A DNA stretch of 36,824 bases from IMG/VR virus record IMGVR_UViG_3300020045_006483, positions 1 to 36,824 of that record. One strand, written 5' to 3'. Within the stretch, counting starts at the first letter, position 1; each line of letters begins with the position of its first letter. Positions 15,757 through 26,900 of the stretch are shown one piece after another. Under the pieces are notes generated by a model, which saw nothing but the letters and a program-made list of their open reading frames with translations, was not told where the DNA came from and ran no database searches. The stretch comes from a virus (Duplodnaviria; Caudoviricetes). The translations under genes and the position numbers were made by a program.

Positions 15757-17051
15757 AACCACAACTGACCATACAGATACCGACATGGAAAAATCCACAA
15801 CAGCTTTATTATACGATTTCATCCTTGTTGACATATACAGAATACCCGTATCTTATTCGGGTTATTAACAACGATGGAACAGAAGGAGGCAAAAAAGCTG
15901 TTGAAAATATGCTTGCTGAACTTCCAAAAAATCTGGTTGAAATCGTCCATGCCGGAGGAAATTTGGGATGGATGGGCGCACATAACCTTGTTCTTGATCG
16001 GTGCGAAACTCCCTATGTTTGTTTGCTTAATGATGATGTCTTTTTTTTGCCGGGAACGCCGCGATTTTGGAGAGATTTGACTTCTTGGTTTTCGTATGAA
16101 AAGGTTGGAGCCGTTGGGCCAATATCGAATTTTGTTATGGGTGCTCAGAATATGTGGGCAACGGATGTGCATACAAATTCTGAAACGACATTGCTTATCG
16201 GCTTTTGCGTGGCAATGCGTACAGACCTTTTGAAAAAAATCGGCGGCTTGGATGAATCGTTACCCGGTGGGGATGATCTTGATTATAGCATACGCATACG
16301 CGACGCAGGATATAAGCTGGTCATAGACAAACGATGCTTTTTATATCACATCGGCCAGCAAACAGGACACCGTGTAAAGCCGGGATATTGGGATTCACAT
16401 TTACATCAGGAAAGAACGAACAATGCCCTCGTGCGCAAGCATGGCGTTGAAAAGTGGCACGACACTTTAAGCGCAAAGCATTGGGCATTGCGTCTTGGTG
16501 AAGGGGAATTGTTTAGAGAGGACTTGTGGTATAAAAGCCATGCGGAAAAGCACAAAGACGAGCAGGGATTGAATTTGGGTTGTGGTCACATGCGTATTGA
16601 GGGGGTTCCTGGCCTTGACTTGGCGCAAGCAGGGGAAACAGGCATGGGGGGGCGCAAATTCAAAGGGGCAAAAACAGACATTGTTGGAGATGCTACCGAC
16701 ATTCCCTTTGGCGATCACAGTTTGGACTTTTTGTTTGCCGCCCATCTTTTTGAACATATTGTTGATCCTGTAGCTTTGCTGAATGAATGGCGTAGAGTAT
16801 TAAAACCGGGAGGCGTTCTTTATGCCACAATGCCAAATCACAACAAAACAGATACGATGGTAATTGATTGCACCCATGTTCATGCTTTAACCCCTACAAG
16901 CGCGAAAAATCTTTTTGAAACATGTGGGTGGGTAGTGGAATCACTTGAAGATTTTGACAAAAGCATAGCGTTTGGTATTGTGGCAAAGCCGTTGAGTTAT
17001 ATGTATTTGCCCAATGGCGACTTTATCAAACCGGGAGATGTGAAATGCTAA
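15753..17051 (+). CDS. Glycosyltransferase family 2 fused to class I SAM methyltransferase
   Basis: N-terminal INNDG, NLGW, LLNDD, GGLDE and DDLDYSIR; C-terminal LNLGCG, GDATDIPF, HLFEH and RVLKPGG. Confidence 0.92.
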   Translation: MKPQLTIQIPTWKNPQQLYYTISSLLTYTEYPYLIRVINNDGTEGGKKAVENMLAELPKNLVEIVHAGGNLGWMGAHNLVLDRCETPYVCLLNDDVFFLPGTPRFWRDLTSWFSYEKVGAVGPISNFVMGAQNMWATDVHTNSETTLLIGFCVAMRTDLLKKIGGLDESLPGGDDLDYSIRIRDAGYKLVIDKRCFLYHIGQQTGHRVKPGYWDSHLHQERTNNALVRKHGVEKWHDTLSAKHWALRLGEGELFREDLWYKSHAEKHKDEQGLNLGCGHMRIEGVPGLDLAQAGETGMGGRKFKGAKTDIVGDATDIPFGDHSLDFLFAAHLFEHIVDPVALLNEWRRVLKPGGVLYATMPNHNKTDTMVIDCTHVHALTPTSAKNLFETCGWVVESLEDFDKSIAFGIVAKPLSYMYLPNGDFIKPGDVKC

Positions 17052-17878
17052 TCATCTCTGAGGGATTGACGGTTTTATTCACAACGCACAACCGCCCCAA
17101 TCTTTTGCGTCAAGCGTTGAGAACCATGCGGGCATACGCCGATCCAAAATGCAGAGTGATTATTCTTGCAAACAGATGCGAACCGCATATCCTGGCTGAA
17201 GTTTTTCAAATCGCCAAAGAAACAGGCGTTGAAGTTTGCGAATGTGAAAGCCTTGCAGCCGCAGAGAGCATCAAAAATATTGTGCCAACTTTGACAACAG
17301 AATATTTCAGCTTTTGCCATGACGACATCGGCTTTGTGCCGGGAAACAAGATGTTTTGGTACAATCTTCTTGTGCCCTTGTCTTGCAAAACGGTTGCGGT
17401 AACGGGATGCACGTCAAATGCTTCTGATGGGTTTCAGCATTACCAGTGGACACACGGCCCCGATTTCGTAAAAGTTCATAATATCCACATTCCCATTACA
17501 GTGTGGAAAAAAGATGTATATGAAACACTTGGCGGTCACGATCTTTCTATTCCACACAGCAACGATATTGACTTGTGTATTCGCGCACATTTGGCAGGGC
17601 TTGATCTTGTAGTAGCGAAAAACTCGTATGTCAACCATGTTGGTGGTGCAAGCATGGATGTGATGTATGGAATAGGAAGCAAATACTTGTCCGTTGCGTG
17701 GATAAAGCTGATGAGTGAAAAAACGAATAATGAGATCATCAGAAAACATGGCGTAAAGATTTGGGCAGATTATTCGGCAAGAAGTTATGAATGGGAGCAG
17801 GTTGAAATCATGCATGGCCCCACGTATGCAACACGCCTCAAAGCCCTTGAGAGACAACCTGAAGCACTGGAAATTTAA
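17045..17878 (+). CDS. Glycosyltransferase family 2
   Basis: TTHNRP, FCHDD, GGHD, DIDLCIR and YVNHVGGAS. Confidence 0.88.
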   Translation: MLIISEGLTVLFTTHNRPNLLRQALRTMRAYADPKCRVIILANRCEPHILAEVFQIAKETGVEVCECESLAAAESIKNIVPTLTTEYFSFCHDDIGFVPGNKMFWYNLLVPLSCKTVAVTGCTSNASDGFQHYQWTHGPDFVKVHNIHIPITVWKKDVYETLGGHDLSIPHSNDIDLCIRAHLAGLDLVVAKNSYVNHVGGASMDVMYGIGSKYLSVAWIKLMSEKTNNEIIRKHGVKIWADYSARSYEWEQVEIMHGPTYATRLKALERQPEALEI

Positions 17879-17891
17879 AACCGGGAGATGG

Positions 17892-18869
17892 ATGATGAAA
17901 ATAGGAACAGTAGCAAGTGCACCGGGATTTAGAGACAATGGGACGTATGCTTATATGCGCTATGCTCTTACGGAAGAATTGGGAATAAACATTCAGGCGT
18001 TTCATCGAAGTGCGCCGATACCTGAAGATCATGGGTGTGATTTTTTTATCTTCTGTGATGATGGCCTTGATGCCATGCCAATGATTGATTTGCCCCGTCC
18101 TAATGCCTGTTGGTTGATAGATACCCATTTGGGAGGGGATGTTCGCAGAGAATGGGCGAATCATTTTGATTTTGTGTTTTGTGCTCAGAAACCTGCCGCA
18201 GAGAAATTGCGTGAAGAAGGGCTAAATGCCTACTGGTTGCCTCTTGCGTGTTCACAAAAGGCCCATCCCAATTTCGGAGAACTGCGTGAATTGCAAAAAG
18301 GACTTGAGGGACAGCTTGGCAGCTCTGATAAAGACGTTAGAGAATCGGCACAGGCAGACTTGAACGTTATATTTGCTCAATGTGATTTGTCAAAACAATA
18401 CGATGTAACCTTTGTTGGGTATATGAACAGGGGTGTTACCGGGCATCCAAAGTCCCATGATCGCGTTGAATACCTGGACAAAGTTTTCAAAGCGTTTCCC
18501 AACTCTTTTTTATCTGTCAACACCTTTCACGAACAGATGGCGGCGCGTTATGCTATGGGGCGTGTGGGCTTTCATGTAAGCATATTGGACGATGTTGCCA
18601 TGCGAATGTTTGAGATCCCCTCAACAGGAACGGCGATGCTTGCAAATACAGATGTCGTTGGTTTAGAGGAATTGGGCTTTGTTAATGGCAAAAACTTTGT
18701 GGGATATGAAGGGATTGAAAATGCCATAGATAAATGCCGATGGATGCTTGAAAACCCTATGGAACGTGAAGAAATTGCCAAAGCGGGGCATATCTTTGTA
18801 CGATCAAACCACACATACAAATTGCGTATGGAATCATTGCTGAAAGTTTGTGGTATATCACATGGATAA
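17892..18869 (+). CDS. CgeB / Glyco_trans_1_2-like GT-B glycosyltransferase
   Basis: WLIDTH, WLPLAC, YDVTFVG, MRMFEIPSTG, REEIAKAG and HTYKLR. Start moved to 17892/17895 behind ACCGGGAGA. Confidence 0.88.
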   Translation: MMKIGTVASAPGFRDNGTYAYMRYALTEELGINIQAFHRSAPIPEDHGCDFFIFCDDGLDAMPMIDLPRPNACWLIDTHLGGDVRREWANHFDFVFCAQKPAAEKLREEGLNAYWLPLACSQKAHPNFGELRELQKGLEGQLGSSDKDVRESAQADLNVIFAQCDLSKQYDVTFVGYMNRGVTGHPKSHDRVEYLDKVFKAFPNSFLSVNTFHEQMAARYAMGRVGFHVSILDDVAMRMFEIPSTGTAMLANTDVVGLEELGFVNGKNFVGYEGIENAIDKCRWMLENPMEREEIAKAGHIFVRSNHTYKLRMESLLKVCGISHG

Positions 18870-19350
18870 TGCCAAAACATTTTCTGAAAAAATGGCCCTT
18901 GCAAATATTGCGGCATATCAGGTGTATCGAAAAACTAAAGATGTTGATTTATCCGATTTGTTGCAAGTGGCACGAATGGCATTATGGCAGGGTATCTTGT
19001 CTTACGATGAATCGCGTGGGGATTTTGATAAATATGTTTGCGCTCGCATGAAATATTCCCTTTGGGATGAAGTACGCAACGCCAAACGTTATCATCGCAA
19101 TGGTGAAAGAATATGTTTTGTTGATGCTGACAAAACAGTGTTGTCTGAAAAAGATACAAATGGCGATGAACTGTTGGATTTCATCTCTATTTTGCCAAAC
19201 AAAGAAAAATATGTCATTTCCCAATATTATCTACTTGGCATATCAACGGTGGAAATAGCAAAAAACCTGAAGGTAACAAGGCCGTATATTTCCCAACTTT
19301 TAACAAGGGCGAAAAACATTTTAAAAGCCGAACTTGTCGGAGGTTATTAA
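18862..19350 (+). CDS. RNA polymerase sigma-70 family factor (regions 2 and 4, FliA/WhiG-like)
   Basis: DLLQVARMALWQGILSYDESRGDFDKY (region 2); LPNKEKYVI..YY..EIAKNLKVTRPYISQ (region 4 HTH). Confidence 0.88.
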   Translation: MDNAKTFSEKMALANIAAYQVYRKTKDVDLSDLLQVARMALWQGILSYDESRGDFDKYVCARMKYSLWDEVRNAKRYHRNGERICFVDADKTVLSEKDTNGDELLDFISILPNKEKYVISQYYLLGISTVEIAKNLKVTRPYISQLLTRAKNILKAELVGGY

Positions 19351-19562
19351 TGGCAAAGGTAAAAAAATCGGTAGATATTGGTGCAAGGGAAAGGTGGGAA
19401 AAATACCTTTTGGCTGCTAATATTGGTTTGACAGGGCCACAACAAAAGGCCGCAGATGCTTTTGTTTCGGCCATTAACGAAGGCGGCGACGATGTGTTTT
19501 GGAATGGGCAGACAACGGGGAAATCATATTTATGGAAATGCCTTTCAGAGTGTTTCGATTAA
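19350..19562 (+). CDS. 70-aa protein with a P-loop-like motif
   Basis: SD GGAGG; LTGPQQKA ... GQTTGKS. Confidence 0.6.
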   Translation: MAKVKKSVDIGARERWEKYLLAANIGLTGPQQKAADAFVSAINEGGDDVFWNGQTTGKSYLWKCLSECFD

Positions 19563-19571
19563 GGAGAAAAT

Positions 19572-19886
19572 ATGGCAACAGCAAACCCAAACGGGCCTTA
19601 TACGGCAAAAAAGATTACCGAAAGTGGCATAATCACCACCGCAGGCGTTGGAGGCTTTTTAAAGCAAGGAATTTTAACTGTGACGACAAATGCCTCAGAG
19701 TTGATATTGCGCGACGGTGGGGCATCTGGAACGGTCATGGTTGAAATTCACAAAGATGGAGCAACGGCCAAAGCAACAGAAAGAACTGGCGATATTGGCC
19801 CTTTGCGATTTGACACTGATATTTACGCAACACTGGCTGGAACAGGCGCAGAAGCAACAATCATATACAATCAGGATTCAGAATAA
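19572..19886 (+). CDS. Putative small virion structural protein
   Basis: SD AAGGAG; beta-rich; LRDGG..G and PLRFDTDIYA patterns. Confidence 0.65.
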   Translation: MATANPNGPYTAKKITESGIITTAGVGGFLKQGILTVTTNASELILRDGGASGTVMVEIHKDGATAKATERTGDIGPLRFDTDIYATLAGTGAEATIIYNQDSE

Positions 19887-19904
19887 CTTAACCGGGAGAA
19901 CGTA

Positions 19905-20705
19905 ATGCCTCTTTTACTGGAATATGACGAAGAAGTTATCAAAGAGAAATTTCAAGACCCTACGCGCAATGATGGATTTGCCGAACTGCCGTTGACCGAT
20001 ACACAGAAAAATATGATCCTATATCGCAAATATGAAGCGGTATCTGACAAGCTGTCTGATACACAGCACGATCCGGCATATCCCTGGATTGATGGCCCGT
20101 TTACATCTTTGCCCCTTGAAGTCGCCGACGCTCTTGTCCGAAACCCCGACTATGATGGGAACATTCTGTACAACAAAAAGGGTATCGGCGAAGATACAGG
20201 AATCATTTGGGAATTTTGGGGCCGTCCGGCGAAAACACTAAACGGCGTGGTGATACCAAGTGGGTATGTCCATGCTGACTTTCGCGCAAAGAAAATTCTC
20301 ACACCACAGCAAGCCTCTGAAGAAGCAGGGTTGTTTGGCGGCAAAGTTCCAGCCAAATACCGTATGTGGGAATTTCGCCTTCATCGCGCAATATGGACAG
20401 ATGGGCCACAGCGACGTGCTCGGTTGATGGAAACAGCCGAACAACAGGCGGCACATTCACAGGAAAAAATGACAAATTCAATGGCAGCGGCCTTTGATAA
20501 AGTCCTTGAACGTATGGCATCGCTGAACACGAACAATGGCAATGGACAGGCTGTTGGGCCACAGGGCTTTGATGAATTGATGCAGATGTTGGCAATGGAA
20601 GTCAAAGAAGGCAGAATGGCTACTGAGCAAGCACGAGCATCTTTTGACTTTTTCATGGACGAAGTTGAAGCCAGCACAAAAGCGAAAAAATCAAGCAAAA
20701 ATTAA
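19905..20705 (+). CDS. Hypothetical protein
   Basis: 266 aa; ACCGGGAGA SD. Confidence 0.75.
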   Translation: MPLLLEYDEEVIKEKFQDPTRNDGFAELPLTDTQKNMILYRKYEAVSDKLSDTQHDPAYPWIDGPFTSLPLEVADALVRNPDYDGNILYNKKGIGEDTGIIWEFWGRPAKTLNGVVIPSGYVHADFRAKKILTPQQASEEAGLFGGKVPAKYRMWEFRLHRAIWTDGPQRRARLMETAEQQAAHSQEKMTNSMAAAFDKVLERMASLNTNNGNGQAVGPQGFDELMQMLAMEVKEGRMATEQARASFDFFMDEVEASTKAKKSSKN

Positions 20706-20714
20706 AGGTGGCCG

Positions 20715-21728
20715 ATGGGCACATTTAGAGAGCATATCACAGAGCTTCTTAATCTCGGCTCAGTATCTTCGGGTGGCGAAGCGGAAAGTATGGTAAAATC
20801 GGCCATACAAAACGCTGACAGGCGTATTCTCGGCGCGTCTAACCAGCTACAACGAAACCGCGAGTTTTCTTTAACAACCGTTGTAAGCACCGCGCAATAC
20901 GGGATGCCATACGGTGTCAAGTCAATTATGAATATTGATGATGCTGCCAATCGCCGAACAATAAAAGCAATTTCTGCCGAAGATTTCAACAGACGATATG
21001 CTGGTAGAACGGAATCTTCTGATCCAACGGAATATTGCAACATCGGCTCTTATGGTGTTCAAAAACAGCCAGCAAGTTCGGGGGTATTGACCGTTGAATC
21101 ATCCGTTTCAACAGATGATGGCAACAGGTATGTAACACTATTTTTCTTTGATTCCAACGGCACGGAAACGAGGGAAAAATTGACACTGGATGGCACAACG
21201 GCGGTATCTGCAACGGCATCCTGTTCGCCTTCACAAGGGGGCGTGCGGCGTGTTGTGAAGTCAACAGACAGTGGATATGCAATAACCGGAAATATCATCG
21301 TAAAAGATTCCAGTGGAAATGTCATTGCACGTATTCCCCCAAATGTTACATCCCCGACATACCGATGGATTGAATTTAACTGGATACCTTCAACAGTACG
21401 AACCTATACGGTATATGCCCTTGAAGATATTCCCCCACTTGTCAATGATGACGATTGGCCCGCCTTTGATGAAAACTATCATTCACTGTTGACTTATATC
21501 GCAGGGGTTCAAGTTCTTCCGTCTTTTGGCAAACAGACCGTTGCAGACAGGTTTCAAAATCTTGCCTTTGGCCCTGACGGTAAAAGTGGGCTGATGCAAG
21601 AGTTTTTAAGTCATGGTGATCCTGACCTTGATGCTGTTGTGGTGATGTCAAACATTCAAAACAGGGCAGTTTACGGACTGCCGCGTCGTCAACCGATTGT
21701 TGGTGTTGACTTTGGAATGATTGTGTGA
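20715..21728 (+). CDS. Head-tail adaptor / tail tubular protein A
   Basis: MGTFREHI, TTVVSTAQYGMP, S-DP-EY and LVNDDDWPAFDENYHSLL adaptor motifs, with an inserted beta domain. Confidence 0.8.
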   Translation: MGTFREHITELLNLGSVSSGGEAESMVKSAIQNADRRILGASNQLQRNREFSLTTVVSTAQYGMPYGVKSIMNIDDAANRRTIKAISAEDFNRRYAGRTESSDPTEYCNIGSYGVQKQPASSGVLTVESSVSTDDGNRYVTLFFFDSNGTETREKLTLDGTTAVSATASCSPSQGGVRRVVKSTDSGYAITGNIIVKDSSGNVIARIPPNVTSPTYRWIEFNWIPSTVRTYTVYALEDIPPLVNDDDWPAFDENYHSLLTYIAGVQVLPSFGKQTVADRFQNLAFGPDGKSGLMQEFLSHGDPDLDAVVVMSNIQNRAVYGLPRRQPIVGVDFGMIV

Positions 21729-21732
21729 AAAT

Positions 21733-23310
21733 ATGCCACTTCCACAAATAGAACCCAACCTTGTTACATCTCCGCAAACGTATCGTATTCGTGGGCAGTC
21801 TTCGTTGATATATCCTGACCAACGGTTGACCCCCGAACATTGTATTACGTTGAGCAACATAAACATTGGAGAAAACAATCTTGCAACAACGCGTAGTGGT
21901 TATTCCGAATACAATACGGCACAGATCACGGAAACGGCTGTTGCAAAAGCGTTGACAGGGTTGTTTCAATTTCCTTTTAAAGCTGCAACACGGCAAGTTG
22001 AAATGGCGGGAACGAAAATCTATGCTGATGACGGAACAACGCGCACAGACCTGACAGGAACGGCACAAACGCTTGGTGCGGAAAACAGGTATCGCGCCGT
22101 ATTTATGCAAAACAAGATGATCGCCACAAATGCCACAGATGTGCCTGTAACGTGGGACGGAACTGTTGCGGCAACACAGATCACAGATTTTACAGGGACA
22201 CCGTTTACAAAGTGTGAAGATTTTGTTGTTCATAAAAACGTGCTTGTCGCATTGAATACCACAGAGGGCGGCACGAAGATGACGACTCGTGCCCGGTGGT
22301 GTGATGTCGATGGTGAGAATTTCACGGTAGATGTGTCAAATTGGCCTTCAGGCAATAGATATGAAATATACCATGACGGTGCGCCCATCATTGGGGGGTG
22401 TGATTTTAACGGTATATTGCTGATCTTCAAGCAAGATGGGATGTACCCCGCACAGATTAATGCAGATTTTGGCAGACTTGAAATGGTTATCCTCGAACAG
22501 CAAGCCAAAGAAGGGTTGATACGTGGCGTTCAACGTGGCTTTGAACCGTTGGCGAAACATTCAATCATTTCGCATCCCGATTTTGCATGGGTCATCGCAC
22601 GCGATGGCGCGTATGTTGTAGGGCCAGATTTATCACTAACAAATGTTATCCGTCCACATCTGCAAAGTGATTGGGATGCGTTAAGCAAAAGTCGATTACA
22701 ATATGCCGTGTCATATATCCGGCAAAAAGACCACCAAGTAAGGACATTGCTTTCTTCGACAAATAACACTTCGGGACATGACAAAATTCTTGTATATGAT
22801 TGGGAAACCGGAGATGCCTGGTTTGATGAACTTGCAGACGCGCCAAACTATGCAGCATCGTGGATTGTAAACAACACAGAATATGACATGTTTGGCACAA
22901 CAGATGGATATGTTTTCACTGGCAATAATGGCACAATGGACAATGACACATTAATTAATTGGGAAATTAAACAAGCCCCAAATGATTTGACGTTGAACAA
23001 TATTACAAAAACAGTCGTAAAAGCAGACGTGATATACCGTTCATTGGCTGGACAGCGCAACATTTCTTATGAATTTATTATTGATCAGGGCAGGGAAACA
23101 AGTGTTATTGGGACGCTTGATATTGCAATTAACTTGAAATGGAATACAGGGTTAAAGTGGAACTCAGGTCTTAAATGGCCTGGTGGTACGCAATCAATAA
23201 AAACTGTATTTATAAATCGCAACTGTACAACCATTCAACCTCGTTTGTATGGCAACGCTCGCGCAAGCATTGTCGGCGTTTCTTACCATCTTGTTCCATT
23301 GGAATCTTAG
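21733..23310 (+). CDS. Tail nozzle / tubular protein B (P22 gp10-like stabilization protein)
   Basis: Beta-propeller-like repeats (HKNVLV, LLIFKQDG, ILVYDW); follows the adaptor gene. Confidence 0.8.
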   Translation: MPLPQIEPNLVTSPQTYRIRGQSSLIYPDQRLTPEHCITLSNINIGENNLATTRSGYSEYNTAQITETAVAKALTGLFQFPFKAATRQVEMAGTKIYADDGTTRTDLTGTAQTLGAENRYRAVFMQNKMIATNATDVPVTWDGTVAATQITDFTGTPFTKCEDFVVHKNVLVALNTTEGGTKMTTRARWCDVDGENFTVDVSNWPSGNRYEIYHDGAPIIGGCDFNGILLIFKQDGMYPAQINADFGRLEMVILEQQAKEGLIRGVQRGFEPLAKHSIISHPDFAWVIARDGAYVVGPDLSLTNVIRPHLQSDWDALSKSRLQYAVSYIRQKDHQVRTLLSSTNNTSGHDKILVYDWETGDAWFDELADAPNYAASWIVNNTEYDMFGTTDGYVFTGNNGTMDNDTLINWEIKQAPNDLTLNNITKTVVKADVIYRSLAGQRNISYEFIIDQGRETSVIGTLDIAINLKWNTGLKWNSGLKWPGGTQSIKTVFINRNCTTIQPRLYGNARASIVGVSYHLVPLES

Positions 23311-23319
23311 GAAACTAAA

Positions 23320-23958
23320 ATGGCCTCTGTCACTTCGATTTCACCTTTGTCGCTACCTGTTGCTGGCGACGATATTGATGCAGAACCAATAACCAATCAA
23401 TTCAACAATATTCTGACATTTTTAAATGATTCTGGATTGATTGACTCAAGCAATGTCAACGCTTCTTATATTGCCCTTCTTGCAACAGTACAAACATTTA
23501 CAGGGCAAAAAACGTTTTCCACAGCCCCGATTGTTAATGATAATGTGGTGGGCAGAATCCGAGTGTATAACAATTCGGGGGGGGCATTGGCGGCAGGGGA
23601 TGCACTTTCTGTTGATGGTTATGATAGTGGAACGGGGTTTTATACTGTATCGAAAGCAATTATTACAGATACAAATGCGACAACTTTTTATGCAGACTGT
23701 TTTGCAGATGCGTCCATATCAAGTGCAGCGCAGGGTAATGCGTGTTTTATGCGCGTGCTGACAGGCCAGGACACAAGCGGATTGACAGTCAAAAGGCCGG
23801 TGTATCTTTCCGACACAGCCGGGGGATGGAAAAGTACACCAACGATAGACAAACGAGCGCAAGTTACAGGAAAAGTATTAACCGTCGATGCCTCAACGGG
23901 ACGTATTTTGCAATTCCCCGGATCATATCTTTATTATGCCACATCTTTTGATATTTAA
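23320..23958 (+). CDS. Short tail fibre / spike protein
   Basis: N-terminal anchor IDAEPITNQFNNI, QTFTGQKTF linker, cement-like C-terminal domain. Confidence 0.65.
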   Translation: MASVTSISPLSLPVAGDDIDAEPITNQFNNILTFLNDSGLIDSSNVNASYIALLATVQTFTGQKTFSTAPIVNDNVVGRIRVYNNSGGALAAGDALSVDGYDSGTGFYTVSKAIITDTNATTFYADCFADASISSAAQGNACFMRVLTGQDTSGLTVKRPVYLSDTAGGWKSTPTIDKRAQVTGKVLTVDASTGRILQFPGSYLYYATSFDI

Positions 23959-23972
23959 CTTGGGAAAAAACA

Positions 23973-26900
23973 ATGCCCCAAAACACAAATTTTTCATTAT
24001 CAACACCCCGTTATCGTAAGCAACGTGGTGGGCTAATTGGTGTAACGCCTGATGTGATGGAAACATTTGGATCGGCAGGAGCACCCGTACAGAATCCGAC
24101 ACAGACCTTTAACCCACAAGAGTTTCAATCGTCTGCGTTGCAAAATCGCGCCAATGAACTTGCGCTTGATTTGGGATATGACCCGCAAGAAGAAATTGCG
24201 ACGGCGCAAACGGGCATCAACGCGCAATTTGATGAATCGCAAAATAAACTTGCCCGAATCTTCGCCCTTGACCCTGGGGGAACAAAAAGCGGCACAGCAC
24301 AAAATCGACTTGAAACCCTCGAAACGGGACGTGCCACAACACTTGCCACAACAAAACAAGATATTCTCAACCGCGCAGGCACAGAGCAACGCGCAAACAT
24401 TAGCACGCTTGATGCCATATTGTCTTCGACACAAAACCGCAATATCGCAGGAGCCACATCGCAGAGCCAATTACAGACGGATTCGCTGAACCGTGCCATT
24501 GCTTCAAGTGGTGTTACGGGAACATATACTGATCCGCAGACGGGGCAGACATATACACCTCAAGCGATAAAGCAATATCAGGATCAGTTGGCATTGCAAC
24601 AATCCCAAGTTACGGGCCAATATCAGGGACAGCAAACATTGGCATCGGCGGCACAGTCGGCAGATATTAACTTGCGCCAAGAAGCACAACGTTTACAAAC
24701 AGAGATACAACGTGGCTCTTTGTCGGTAGATCAGGCCAACCAACAACTCAATGACTTTGTTCAACGCGAACAGGTGCGCTTGCAGGGGCAACAGACACAG
24801 AGCCAATTGGCTAACGAATCGTTGCAACGGGCGATTGCCGCAGGGTCACAGACAGGCCAATTCATTGACCCACAAACGGGGCAGGCATACACCACCGAAC
24901 AGGTGCGCCAATTTAATGAACAGTTGAACTTGCAAAAAGCAGGACTGACAGGTGAACTCGGTGGAAAAGCAACGTTGCAGGGGCGGTCACAGCAGGTCAC
25001 AGAACTTAATGCGGCATTAGAACGGGCGGTTGCACAGGGCAATGCAACGGGGACGTTTACCGATCCCATGACAGGCGTTTCACAAGAGACCTTGCAAGCG
25101 GAAATTGCCCGTGCTCAAACGCGCCTTCAGGAGTCGGCAGCAAACCTCAACGAAGCGGCACAGGTTGCTCAACTGACAGGGAAATTTGTCAACCCGACAA
25201 CAGGGGAAACCCTTGACACGTTGGCAAAGACCGATCAGGCGTTTCAACAGGAAGTGCAACGCGCCTCTTTGACAGGTGATTTAAATGGTGTTGCAACTCT
25301 TGCCGCACGTTCTTTGGCTTTGCAAGAGGCTGAACTTACCGGACAGGTGGGAGATCAGAAAACCGTTGCCCAAAAAGCCCTTGATCTTCAGGGACAAATA
25401 CAAAAGGGGCAGTTGGCGTTACAGCAACAGGCGCAAGCCTTTGGGCAAAACATCACAGAGGCAGAATTGACCGGAACGTATGACCGCATGGGCAACGAAA
25501 CGGGCGCATTTCAAGCGTCTTTCAATGCCAAATCGGGAGAAGCCAATTACAATGCCCGTTATGACTTTAACAGCGATGGTGTCATTAACTTTTCCGATTG
25601 GACGGAATTTGCCAAAATTTCCAACAATGAACCTGTGCAGACGTTGCAAGGCCAAGTATTACAGGAACAAAAGGCTTTGAACGATTTCAACAAGAAAGTA
25701 ACGGAATCGGGATTGACCGGGACATTTTCGGGCAATCAGACGGTGCAAGAAGCCCAACGCCGATTTGAAAACTCTATGAAGGAATCACAGCTTTTTGTTG
25801 ATGCACCACCCATGACGTTGAATATCAATGACTATTCAAAGGCGTTCAACTCTCAACAAGGGCAAGCGAACTATCGCAAAGACTTGGACATCGACAGCAA
25901 CGGTGTTATCAATTTTACTGACTTTATTGAAGTTGTTGGATCGGGGCGCATTGAAGTTTTATCGGGGAGTGTTACAGACCCATTTGGTTCTAATCTGACA
26001 TTCACGTATAAACCTGAAGGCAAAACATCCGTTATCGCCGCACAGTTGGGCTTAGATGAAAAACGCCTTTCTGAACAAACGCGCCAATTCAACCAGACAT
26101 ACGAACAGGCACGTAATGAGTTCCTGACCAACACAACGGGTATTGTCTATGATGAGCAGGGCAACCCGACGAACATGACGACGTTGCAACAACAGCAATA
26201 TGATGAGGCCAAACGGAAGTTCAACAAAGAGATGGAAGTGCATGTATCGGAGTATGCTCAAACGTTAGGGTTTAACTATGAAGAACTGACGACGCGCAAA
26301 GACATAGCAAAAGATACGGCGATAAGTCAAGCTATCCTTGCAGGATTTGGTGCTCTTGGACAACTTGGCTCTACGGCTCTTGGTGCAGCGTTAGGCGCAG
26401 GGGCGGCAGGTGGGGTGGCGGCGGCAGGTGGTGGTGCTGTCGCAGGTGCAGGGGCAGGTGGGGCAGCAGCAGGAGGTGGTTTAGCAACAGCCATTGGCGC
26501 AGGGGCAACGATTGCCGCACCATTTTTGATTGGATATGGGTTGAACAAATTGCTTGGCACTTCTGTGGAAGAAGATTTAAAGAATTTCCAATCAGAAACT
26601 ACCAATCGTGATTGGAACAGCGAAGGTGTCAACAAAGAACAATTTTTAAAATGGGTTGATGATAATGTCGGAAAAGAATTTGCCAATCAGGTGAATATTT
26701 TAGGGGGGAAACAAGCATTAGACCTGTATCTCAAAGCATACAAAAAGAACAATACCGCCACGCCTACCGCACAACAGCCCGTTACGACAACACAGCAACC
26801 GGGGGAACCATCACAGCCAACGCAACCAACACAACAAGGGCAACCTGTGCAACAAACGCAGAGCACCTATACGCCGACACAGGATGATTTCCCTCGTTTT

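Noticed and set aside
16805-16813. Extra ACCGGGAGG copy
   Set aside because: It encodes the conserved LKPGG methyltransferase motif and has no start codon at SD distance.
24480-25480. Nucleotide repeat array, CRISPR or DGR-type repeats in the ejection gene
   Set aside because: The repeats are degenerate protein-level repeats; there are no constant repeat-spacer units and no reverse transcriptase.
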